Below are positions 20,614 through 28,598 of a DNA stretch of 64,000 bases, one piece after another. The stretch's first letter is position 1. Each line of letters begins with the position of its first letter. The notes under the pieces were generated by a model. It saw nothing but the letters and a program-made list of their open reading frames with translations. It was not told where the DNA came from and ran no database searches. The translations under genes were made by a program, and so were the position numbers. The stretch covers positions 65,026 to 129,025 of the forward strand of contig CAVRKH010000008.1 in the NCBI GenBank assembly GCA_963721655.1, read 5' to 3'. Source of the DNA: an uncultured Chloroflexia bacterium. GTDB taxonomy: Bacteria; Chloroflexota; Limnocylindria; Limnocylindrales; CSP1-4.

Positions 20614-20721
20614 GCTCGTCGCCGCTGGCCCAGGTCACCCCGGGTTCGGTCGTCGGCGCGGACGTGGAACATCCGCGAGCCAACGATGGTCGGAGCCGAG
20701 GAGGTCAGGACCAGCGACGTC

Positions 20722-20798
20722 GGGCGGCTAGCTCAGCTGGTTAGAGCACTTGCTTGACATGCAAGAGGTCACTGGTTCGAGTCCAGTGTCGCCCACCA
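20722..20798 (+). tRNA. tRNA-Val (anticodon GAC), CCA encoded
   Basis: Cloverleaf: acceptor GGGCGGC/GTCGCCC, D-arm TAGCTCAGCTGGTTAGAGCA, anticodon stem-loop CTTGC-TTGACAT-GCAAG, T-arm GGTTCGAGTCC, and 3' ACCA. Confidence 0.9.
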
Positions 20799-20808
20799 TA
20801 ACCCTGGT

Positions 20809-20835
20809 TCATGCACGAAATGACCGCCGTCCAAC
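20809..20835. terminator. Perfect 11-bp hairpin downstream of tRNA-Val
   Basis: AATGACCGCCG-tccaa-CGGCGGTCATT. There is no strong T-tract on the plus strand and only a short one on the minus strand. Confidence 0.4.
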
Positions 20836-20922
20836 GGCGGTCATTGCGTTACCCCTCGCTCGTGTGAGCAACCCCGCTCGGTCGGCTTCGAGACTGATGA
20901 CGACAGGACACTTCAGCGCGAG

Positions 20923-21516
20923 ATGACTCTCTACTACCAAGGGCTCAACCCGTTCGTGTACCTGGAGAATCTCGCCGGATCGGGGAACATCGGCGCCGAG
21001 CCCGTCGATCTCCACGGGGCGTCGGCATGGAAGATCACGTCGGTCAGCGGGTCGGCCAGGGCCGGTGTCGCGCGCCTCCAGGAGATGCTGGCTCGCCCGG
21101 AGGATGTGGTGGTCATTGAAGTCCCATCAGACTTCGTCGTGCCCGCGAACCCTCCGGTGTTGATCTCCACCCGAGGTGGCGGCGCCACTGGCTTCTCGAG
21201 CGTCACGTCCTTGTGGTCGGTGTTCATTGACAAGGACCAATGTTCCGGGCAGGGGTACTACGTGTACGCCAGCAGGTGGAAGACGATCCCTCACTACCCG
21301 CACATCATCCTCGGCCACGAGCTCGCTCACGTGTCGCACTACCTCCAGGGGACTCCCACATCGGAGGCCCTCGCCACCATGGCCGAGAACGCCCACCGTG
21401 CGGAGCTGGGACTTCCGCTTCGGAGTGCCACGACGTACTCCGGTGGGTGTGGCGAAGGGCCGAGGAGGCTTCCCCTATGGCTTCAGGAGTGGGCTGGTCG
21501 CCGCCGCCGTTCATGA
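20923..21516 (+). CDS. HExxH zinc-metallopeptidase-like protein (M91/NleD-HopH1-like signature), no signal peptide
   Basis: ILGHELAHVSHYLQGT resembles, from memory, the HELxHxxxxxxGT motif of family M91. Local GC is lower. The C-terminal end may be frameshifted. Confidence 0.4.
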   Translation: MTLYYQGLNPFVYLENLAGSGNIGAEPVDLHGASAWKITSVSGSARAGVARLQEMLARPEDVVVIEVPSDFVVPANPPVLISTRGGGATGFSSVTSLWSVFIDKDQCSGQGYYVYASRWKTIPHYPHIILGHELAHVSHYLQGTPTSEALATMAENAHRAELGLPLRSATTYSGGCGEGPRRLPLWLQEWAGRRRRS

Positions 21517-21708
21517 GGTCATCGAGGCCCTCCCGGCATCTGGACGCGGGGACGTTGCCGTACCACGAGACCTGCCCCTAACGAGGGGTATCTTGGGCCC
21601 GGTCCTCGCGCCAACGTCAGGCGTGACAAGGGGGACCAGCAGTCGGCGTGTTCGATTCGACTTGTCCCGATGCCGAATCGAACCGACACTCGGAGATCAT
21701 CGACCATC

Positions 21709-23227
21709 GTGCATTTGAGGCGAGCTGTATCGCGCGGCGCGGCCGGATGCTGTCTGGCCGTGGCGCTCGTGGCCGCCTGCGCCCCGACGCGCGGAGCCGG
21801 TCTCGACCTCCGGCGAGCATGACGGTCTCGCGGTCGAAGGCCAGGTGACCTCGACCGGCAATTCGATCGCTGTGGACGTCGTGGTCCGAAACGATCGGGA
21901 AGAGCCGATCCACCTCGTCCCTGACCAATGCGGCCGGGTCGTCGACGTCGACCTGGAGCGGACCACGTTCCGGCCTGAGGGCAAGCACTGGGATGGTTCG
22001 ATCGGGGCGGTCAAGGAGATCGTCCTCGAATGACCAGCGCTTCGACGACAGCCCGGATTTCTTCGCGCCCCGCCGTGTCGGCGACCACTCGTCCGCCACG
22101 CCGGAATGTCGTCGGCCCGAGCAGCTGACCGTTCTCGAGCCGGGGGCCACGATCGCCGAGCGCTGGGAGCTCCCGTTCGACATGTCGCGGACGCTCAGGG
22201 AGGTCGGTTCGGAGGCCGGCCTGGTGTCGTTGGAGGCCATCGAGGCTCGGGACCCAAACGAGATGGAGTTCTCGGACATCGTCTACTTCAGCGATGAGGA
22301 TGCGGTGCGCGAGGGACGGGCGGCCCGCGCCGAACTCGCGTTGTCGGAGGTGCTCGAGCGCGCTCCCACCGACCCGGTGAAGGGACCGAGCCGCGGAGAG
22401 TTGTTCGACCGGCTGCTCGATGACGACGCGCTGCGGGCGTGGATCGATGACCAACCGGCAGATGCTTGGGGACACGCGGACCTGCGACCGGCATACCCTG
22501 GCAATGGACCCGAATTCGAACGACTCCGACTCGAGATGGTCGCGAAGACCTTCGAGCGCGCTGCCGTCGTGACCGCCGCGCCCGACGGATCGGATCCCGT
22601 GATCGAGCTGCCGGGGGAACGAGGATCGTACGCGCGAGTTCCCGAGAACTGCGGGTTCGCTGCCGCCGGGGATCGCGGCGCTTCCCGACTCGGACTACGA
22701 CCTGACGCGATGATCTGCGGATCGGCGCGGTGCAGCTGCCGAGCGGCCGCGTCGTCGTCGGGGAGTACCTGTTCGACGCCGAACCGCTCGGGTTCCAGGT
22801 CGCGCCGGGTGCCTATCCCGCCCACGCCACGCTCGCCCGCTACAAGGATCAGGACAACGAATCGGTCGCGGTCGCAACGCTGGTCCTCTCGGATACGCCG
22901 ACGGTCCGCTGGGAGGAGGCGACGGACATCGCGGTGGACGGCGGCACGACGACGATCACCTCGGTCGAGGGCCGGGACGAGCTTCGCCGCGTGTTCGACG
23001 AAGATCCCGTCTCGCTGGACCTCGACGAAGACATTTTCGACTCGATGGTGGCCCACGACTACCTGGGCACGAACTGGAAGCTGACACCGGAAACAAACCT
23101 TGTCCGCGTCTCGAGCGGGATCGGCGACGGCGGCTACCCGGTGTATGTCGGGTACGACGCGAACGGAAACCCGACGCGGGTCGTCGTCGATTTCCTGCTG
23201 CTCCACCTCGGCTGGCCGGGCGCATGA
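21709..23227 (+). pseudogene. Lipoprotein with C-terminal DUF4241 domain (at least 3 frameshifts as assembled)
   Basis: GTG 21709. VHLRRAVSRGAAGCCLAVALVAAC contains a lipobox. Fragments follow in ORFs 21845-22033, 21993-23084 and 22730-23227. The C-terminus SSGIGDGGYPVYVGYDANGNPTRVVVDF is the DUF4241 hallmark. Confidence 0.55.
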
Positions 23228-23286
23228 GGTACGATTGCGGAACGAAACGCATCGATCGGGACGCGCTTCGCTCGAACGGCAGGACC

Positions 23287-23480
23287 AGAGAACCGGGCCA
23301 CGGCTGGAAGCCCGGCGACGACCACGAGCGAGGTACCACCCGTGAGCGGCCGGTGAACCGGCCCGGGTCCGCCCGTTAGCGCGGCACGAGAGCGCGGCAC
23401 GCACATGTGAGCCGCGAAGGCGGGTGGAACCGCGGGAGCGCCAGTGAGCCTCTCGTCCTGTCGAGGACGAGAGGTTTCGT
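23287..23480 (+). promoter_or_regulatory. T-box leader (Thr specifier ACC) upstream of thrS
   Basis: AGAGA (23287-23291). Candidate specifier ACC followed by A (23335-23338). T-box core GGGTGGAACCGCG (23422-23434). Terminator or sequestrator hairpin CCTCTCGTCCT-gtcg-AGGACGAGAGG (23449-23474) followed by TTTCGTG. Confidence 0.6.
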
Positions 23481-23485
23481 GATTC

Positions 23486-25357
23486 ATGGAGGCGAGACGG
23501 ATGGCCGAGCAGGACGTGGCGGTCGCCGAGGCCGAGGAAGTCGAGGAGGAGTTCGTCGCGCCGGAGCGCGGGTCAGCCGACGAGCTGCTCGATGCCGGCG
23601 CACACAGCGAGCTCGACGCGATGCGTCATTCCGCGGCGCACGTGATGGCCGAGGCCGTGCTGGATCTGTTCCCGGGCACGAAGCTGGGCATCGGGCCTGC
23701 CATCGAGGACGGCTTCTACTACGACTTCGATCTGCCCCGCCCGCTGACGCCCGAGGACCTCGCGGCCATCGAGCAGCGCATGGCGTCGTCGGTCAAAGCG
23801 GACCACCCGTTCGTCCGCCGCGAGCTGCCGGCGGAGGAGGGGAGGGCGTTCTTCGCCGAGCGCAACCAGCCCTACAAGGTCGAGATCCTCGACGACCTGG
23901 CCGCGAAGGCCGAGCGCGACGGTACGCCGATGCCTCCGACGTCGGTCTACGAGCACGGGCCGTTCGTCGATCTGTGCAAGGGACCGCACGTGGCCTCCAC
24001 CGGGAAGATCGGGCCGTTCAAGCTGCTCGCGGTGTCGGGCGCGTACTGGCGCGGCGACCAGTCCCGCCCGTCGCTCCAGCGGATCTACGGGACGGTGTGG
24101 CAGACGCAGGAGGAGCTCGACCGATACCTGTGGCGTCGGGAGGAGGCAAAGAAGCGGGACCATCGCAAGCTTGGGGTTCAGCTCGACCTGTTCTCGTTCC
24201 ACGACGTGTCGCCGGGCGCCGCGTTCTGGCACCCGAAGGGCTGGACGCTCTATCAGACCCTGCGCAACGCGATGCGCGACCTGCAGGCCCGGCGCGGCTA
24301 CCAGGAGGTGTACACGCCACCGCTCGTCTCGAAGACGCTGTGGGAGCGGTCGGGCCACTGGGAGCACTACCGCGAGAACATGTTCCTGTTCGAGGCCGAG
24401 GAGCAGACCTTCAGCCTCAAGCCGATGAACTGCCCCGAATCGACGTACATCTACCGGTCGCGCGTGCGCTCCTACCGCGAGCTGCCGCTGCGGCTGGCCG
24501 AATACGGCGTCCTCCACCGGAACGAGCTGTCGGGTGTGCTGTCCGGGCTGACGCGGGTGCGCCACTTCGTCACCGACGACGCCCACATCTACGTGCGCCC
24601 GGATCAGATCGGCTCCGAGATCCAGGGTCTCATGGGTGAGATCCGCGAGGCGTACTCGTGGTTCGGGCTGGAGCCGAGGCTGACGTTCGGGACGCGGCCG
24701 GACAAGGCTCTCGGCGATCCTGCCGTGTGGGCCGAGACCGAGGCGCAGATGCGGGCAGAGCTCGAGCGGTCCGGCATGCACTACCGCGAGAAGCCGAAGG
24801 ACGGGGCGTTCTACGCGCCGAAGATCGACATCCAGATCGAGGATGCGCTCGGACGCGAGTGGCAGACGGCGACGATCCAGGTCGACCGCGTGATGCTCCC
24901 CGAGCGCTTCGACCTGTGGTACGTCGACGAGCACGGCCAGCAGCAGCGGCCGGTGGCGATCCACCGCGCGATCTACGGCTCGCTCGAACGGTTCATCGGC
25001 GTGCTGACCGAGCACTTCGCGGGCGCGTTCCCGCTGTGGTGCTCGCCGGTCCAGGCCGTCGTGATCCCGATCGCCGACCGGCACGTGGCGGCCGCAGAGG
25101 AGCTGGCCGGCGTGCTCCGGACGCGCGGGCTGCGGGTCGAGGTCGACGGGTCCGACAACCGGATGCAGAACAAGATCCGGCTCGCGCAGGAGCAGAAGGT
25201 GCCGGTGATGCTGGTCCTCGGCGATCGCGAGATCGAGGGCCGGGCCGCGACGGTCCGGCGGCGCGGGGCCGCGAAGGACGCTCCCCAGGAGACGCTGGGC
25301 TGGGACGAGCTTGCCGACAGGCTCGCGACCGAATCTGCCGAACGACTGGTGGAGTAG
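23486..25357 (+). CDS. thrS: Threonine--tRNA ligase (no N-terminal TGS domain)
   Basis: Intact ORF with editing-domain HSAAHVMAEA, class II motifs and an anticodon-binding domain. ATG 23501, with GGAGG at 23488, is an alternative start. Confidence 0.9.
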   Translation: MEARRMAEQDVAVAEAEEVEEEFVAPERGSADELLDAGAHSELDAMRHSAAHVMAEAVLDLFPGTKLGIGPAIEDGFYYDFDLPRPLTPEDLAAIEQRMASSVKADHPFVRRELPAEEGRAFFAERNQPYKVEILDDLAAKAERDGTPMPPTSVYEHGPFVDLCKGPHVASTGKIGPFKLLAVSGAYWRGDQSRPSLQRIYGTVWQTQEELDRYLWRREEAKKRDHRKLGVQLDLFSFHDVSPGAAFWHPKGWTLYQTLRNAMRDLQARRGYQEVYTPPLVSKTLWERSGHWEHYRENMFLFEAEEQTFSLKPMNCPESTYIYRSRVRSYRELPLRLAEYGVLHRNELSGVLSGLTRVRHFVTDDAHIYVRPDQIGSEIQGLMGEIREAYSWFGLEPRLTFGTRPDKALGDPAVWAETEAQMRAELERSGMHYREKPKDGAFYAPKIDIQIEDALGREWQTATIQVDRVMLPERFDLWYVDEHGQQQRPVAIHRAIYGSLERFIGVLTEHFAGAFPLWCSPVQAVVIPIADRHVAAAEELAGVLRTRGLRVEVDGSDNRMQNKIRLAQEQKVPVMLVLGDREIEGRAATVRRRGAAKDAPQETLGWDELADRLATESAERLVE

Positions 25358-25371
25358 GGGCGCGGGTCGCT

Positions 25372-25759
25372 GTGCCGCTGCCCCTCGCGCTCGGCCGCTT
25401 CAACACGCGGGTCACCAACCGGATCATCGGTCCGATCCTGGTGCGGTTCCCGTGGTACGGATGGCTGTTCCACGTCGGGCGGCGGACGGGGCGCCGCTAC
25501 CGGACGCCGATCATGTTGTTTCGTCGTGGCGATCAGGGTGTCATCGCATTGACCTACGGCGAGCGCACGCAGTGGCTGAAGAACGTGCTGGTCGCCGGCA
25601 GCTGCAGCTTCGAGTCGCCGGGGGATGCGCCGGTGCAGCTGGCCGCGCCCGAGTTCGTCCACGATCCGTCGCGCCGGCTGGTGCCGTGGATCATTCGGAT
25701 CCCGCTGGCGAGTGCTTCGGGTCAGTGACTTCATCGTGCTGCGGGTGGTTGACGGATAG
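25372..25759 (+). CDS. Deazaflavin-dependent nitroreductase-family (DUF385-like) protein (possible frameshift ~25705)
   Basis: GTG 25372. FNTRVTNRIIGPILVRF...HVGRRTGRRYRTPIMLF...ALTYGERTQWLKNVLVAG. The as-assembled stop is 25728. An alternative frame gives RVLRVSDFIVLRVVDG, ending at TAG 25757-25759. Confidence 0.5.
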
Positions 25760-25792
25760 GGCGTCGCGGGTCCCACGCGTGCGCCGGCGCGC

Positions 25793-25950
25793 TGCTCGCC
25801 CAGCGAGCACGACGGCGGCTGGGAGGCCCGAAACCGCTGAACGCGCTCGCCCAGCGAGCCATCTGACCCTCGAGCCGTGAACCGCTCGCCCGGCGAGCCA
25901 TTCGGAGGACCGAGGGGCTGAAAACCGCTGGAGTGCTCGCCCAGCGAGCA
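25793..25950. repeat. Intergenic hairpin-repeat array D (GCTCGCCCAGCGAGC x4)
   Basis: Hairpins GCTCGC-CCR-GCGAGC at 25794, 25845, 25884 and 25935, spaced 51, 39 and 51 bp. Two of them are preceded by GAAA(A)CCGCTG. Confidence 0.75.
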
Positions 25951-26066
25951 CTGGTCGTGGTGGGTCCGCATGGGCCGGTGTTGAGGCGGGCGCAGAGGCC
26001 CGGCGGCCCCGGCCGCGAACCGGCGCGCCGATTGCCGCTGTTCGAACCGGTGTGCTAACCTACCGG

Positions 26067-26090
26067 CTCGGCCGAAGGCCGGGTTTTTGT
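26067..26090 (+). terminator. Intrinsic-terminator-like hairpin in the infC leader (possible attenuator)
   Basis: CTCGGCC-gaa-GGCCGGG followed by TTTTT (26084-26088), about 45 nt upstream of the infC start. Confidence 0.35.
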
Positions 26091-26135
26091 ATGCCCGGTC
26101 GGGTCGAAACGGAAGTCAGTGAAAAGGGGCGATCC

Positions 26136-26895
26136 ATCAGTCGAGACCTGCGAGTCAATCAAATGATCCGGATCCCACAGGTTCGGGTCGTGGATGAAGA
26201 AGGCGCACAGCTGGGCATCATGCCTACTGCACGCGCTCTCGAGATGGCGCAGGAACGGGGGCTCGATCTCGTCGAAGTCGCCCCGATGGCACAGCCGCCG
26301 GTCGCGCGGTTTCTCGACTTCGGACAGTACAAGTACGAGCTGACGAAGAAAGAGAAGGAAAACAAGCGCCGGCAGCGCTCGGTGACATTCAAGGAAGTCC
26401 GCCTCTCACCGAAGATCGGCGTGGGTGACTTCGAGACGAAGGTCCATCGAGCGATCGAGTTCCTGGAATTGGGCGACCGGATCAAGGTCACCGTCCGCTT
26501 CCGGGGACGAGAGCTGACCCATCCGGAGCTCGGACGCAACCTGATTGCCAGGTTCGTGGACCGAGTCGGCGAACACGGGGTCGCGGAACGAGCGCCGTTG
26601 CTCGAGGGCAAGTCGATGCACATCACGATGGCATCGACGCACAAGCCGAAGAGCCATGAGGTCGTCCGCGCCGATCGAGAACCGGCCATCGGGTCCAACG
26701 GCGCGGAGGCTCCGGTCGCGGAGGCCCCGGCCGCGGAGGCCCCGGCCGCGGAGGCCCCGGTCGCCAAGGCCCGGCGGAAGGCCCGCCGAGGCCGTCGAAG
26801 CCGCCGAGCAACCGGCGACGGAAGAGAAGAGCGAACCGCCGGCCCCGAGGCCGGCTCCAAAGGAAGCCGCACCGGCGGCTGCAACAGGAGAGTGA
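26136..26895 (+). CDS. infC: Translation initiation factor IF-3 with low-complexity C-terminal extension (non-AUG start; tail frame uncertain)
   Basis: The conserved N-terminus ISRDLRVNQMIRIPQVRVVDEEG begins at in-frame ATC 26136, after GAAAAGGGG. IF3-N and IF3-C domains are present. The tail, after the AEAP repeats, may shift frame (~26770) to ...EAVEAAEQPATEEK...ATGE, ending at TGA 26893-26895. Confidence 0.8.
26703..26762 (+). repeat. 15-bp tandem repeat x4 inside the infC tail
   Basis: GCGGAGGCNCCGGNC repeated four times head to tail, encoding (AEAPx)4. Confidence 0.8.
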
Positions 26896-26902
26896 GTCCA
26901 GC

Positions 26903-27100
26903 GTGCCGAAGATGAAGAGCCACAAGGCGGCGCAGAAGCGGATCGGCGTGACCGGCAGCGGCAAGGTCATCCGCGTCAACGCCTGGCGCGGACATCACCT
27001 CGAGATCAAGTCGTCCCGCAGGACCCGCCGCTACGCCGGCAAGTCCCTCATCGGGCGCGAGCATGCCGCGCAGGTCCGTCGCCTGCTGCCGTACCTCTAG
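26903..27100 (+). CDS. rpmI: 50S ribosomal protein L35
   Basis: GTG start. MPKMKSHKAAQKRIGVTGSGKV... is the canonical L35 sequence. Confidence 0.9.
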   Translation: MPKMKSHKAAQKRIGVTGSGKVIRVNAWRGHHLEIKSSRRTRRYAGKSLIGREHAAQVRRLLPYL

Positions 27101-27115
27101 GAGCACACTCACCCC

Positions 27116-27466
27116 ATGGCTCGAGTCAAGCGGGGCGTCACGGCCCACAAGCGCCACAAGCGCCTCCTCAACGCGGCGGAGGGCCGCAGGGGCACGCGAT
27201 CGAAGCTGATCAAGCCCGCCCGCGAGGCGCTCCTGCACGCGCTCGCCTACGCGACCCGCGACCGCAAGCAGCGCAAGCGCCAGATGCGCCAGCTGTGGAT
27301 CGTCCGGGTCAATGCCGCGGCGCGCCAGAACGGCCTCACCTACGGCCAGTTCATCCACGGCCTCAAGCGCGCTGACATCCAGATCGACCGCAAGATCCTC
27401 GCCGACCTCGCCGTCCGCGATGCAGCCACGTTTGGCCGGATCGCGGAGCTCGCCAAGGGCGCGTAG
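27116..27466 (+). CDS. rplT: 50S ribosomal protein L20
   Basis: [23 protein letters not shown]...[21 protein letters not shown] is the canonical L20 sequence. Confidence 0.9.
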   Translation: MARVKRGVTAHKRHKRLLNAAEGRRGTRSKLIKPAREALLHALAYATRDRKQRKRQMRQLWIVRVNAAARQNGLTYGQFIHGLKRADIQIDRKILADLAVRDAATFGRIAELAKGA

Positions 27467-27495
27467 GAACGACACAGAACGCGCCCGCCGGCAGA

Positions 27496-27531
27496 GCCCT
27501 CGACGTTCACAATCGTCGAGGGCTTTTGATT
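27496..27531 (+). terminator. Rho-independent terminator after rplT
   Basis: GCCCTCGACG-ttcacaat-CGTCGAGGGC followed by TTTTGATT. Confidence 0.7.
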
Positions 27532-27551
27532 CCTAAAGACGAAAGGACGAC

Positions 27552-28598
27552 GTGGACCTGAGCCTGAGCGACCTGACGCGCGACCTCGAGGCGCTCCGCG
27601 ACGAGACGCTGGCGCGCATCGCCGACAGCGCCGACACGGCCGCGCTCGAGGCGCTCGAGCTCGAAGTGCTCGGCAAGAAGGGCCGCCTGACCGCGACGCT
27701 GCGCGGGATCGGCGGACTGCCGGCCGAGGACCGGCCCCGCGTCGGCGCCGTGGCCAATGCCGTCCGGGTCGCCATCGAGGAGGCCCTCGCCGCGCGTGGC
27801 GGCGGGCTGCGCTCCAGCGAGCTCGACCAGCGCGTCCGCGCCGAGGCGATCGACGTCACGACGACCGGCCGCCCGATCCGCCGCGGGTCGCTGCACCCGG
27901 TGAACGAGACGATCGGGCGGATCGCGGAGATCTTCGGCCAGTTCGGGTTCGTCGTGTACGAGGGGCCGGAGATCGAGGACGACCTGCGCAACTTCCAGAT
28001 GCTCAACATCCCGCCCGACCACCCGGCACGCGACCTGTGGGACACGCTCTACGTCGACGTCGAGGACCACCTGCTGCGGACGCACACGTCGCCGGGCCAG
28101 ATCCGGGTGATGCACGAGACGAAGCCGCCGATCCGGGCACTGCTTCCGGGACGTTGCTTCCGGTACGAGGCGATTGACGCCAGCCACGCGTCCGAGTTCT
28201 TCCAGGTCGAGGGACTCATGGTCGACGAGGGAACGACCATGGCCGACCTCAAGGGCCTGCTCGAGCAGTTCGCCCACGCGATGTACGGAGAGGGGAAGCG
28301 GACCCGCTTCCGGCCCGGCTACTACCCGTTCACCGAGCCGTCGGTCGCATTCGACGTCGAATGTCTCGTGTGCGGCGGCGTCGGCTGCCCCGCCTGTTCG
28401 CGGACCGGCTGGATGACCATCCTCGGCGCCGGCATGGTCCACCCCGTCGTGCTCCAGTACGGCGGGCTGGATCCGGAGCGCTACCAGGGGTTCGCGTTCG
28501 GGATGGGCGTGGAGCGGATCGCGAACCTGCGCCACAGCGTCGGCGACCTGCGCCTGTATCTGGAGAACGACCTCCGCTTCCTGGAGCAATTCAAGTGA
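27552..28598 (+). CDS. pheS: Phenylalanine--tRNA ligase alpha subunit
   Basis: Intact ORF with GTG start and class II motifs (FRYEAIDASHASEFFQVEG, GFAFGMGVERI). Confidence 0.9.
   Translation: MDLSLSDLTRDLEALRDETLARIADSADTAALEALELEVLGKKGRLTATLRGIGGLPAEDRPRVGAVANAVRVAIEEALAARGGGLRSSELDQRVRAEAIDVTTTGRPIRRGSLHPVNETIGRIAEIFGQFGFVVYEGPEIEDDLRNFQMLNIPPDHPARDLWDTLYVDVEDHLLRTHTSPGQIRVMHETKPPIRALLPGRCFRYEAIDASHASEFFQVEGLMVDEGTTMADLKGLLEQFAHAMYGEGKRTRFRPGYYPFTEPSVAFDVECLVCGGVGCPACSRTGWMTILGAGMVHPVVLQYGGLDPERYQGFAFGMGVERIANLRHSVGDLRLYLENDLRFLEQFK

Noticed and set aside
20722-23227. A classical integrative genomic island at tRNA-Val
   Set aside because: By eye there is no integrase, excisionase or transposase gene and no direct repeat of the tRNA 3' end. 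It is reported only as a compositionally distinct accessory segment.
21617-23404. Minus-strand ORFs of 220 aa and 373 aa under the DUF4241 lipoprotein locus
   Set aside because: They are antisense to fragments that carry a lipobox signal and the DUF4241 hallmark. Their sequences are Arg/Ser/Pro-rich with no motifs.
25793-25950. CRISPR array hypothesis for the four hairpin-repeat arrays (also 7422-7589, 48431-48634, 57246-57394)
   Set aside because: The repeats are only 14-17 bp and imperfect, with just 3-4 copies. The spacers are 22-36 bp and partly similar to each other. There are no cas genes or leader in the window. The arrays are kept as an unexplained repeat class instead.
26052-26135. 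TTG 26052 as the infC start (track ORF of 287 aa)
   Set aside because: The 28 extra residues (MLTYRLGRRPGFCMPGRVETEVSEKGRS) overlap the terminator-like hairpin and are not IF3-like. The conserved N-terminus and the purine-rich RBS point to the in-frame ATC at 26136.
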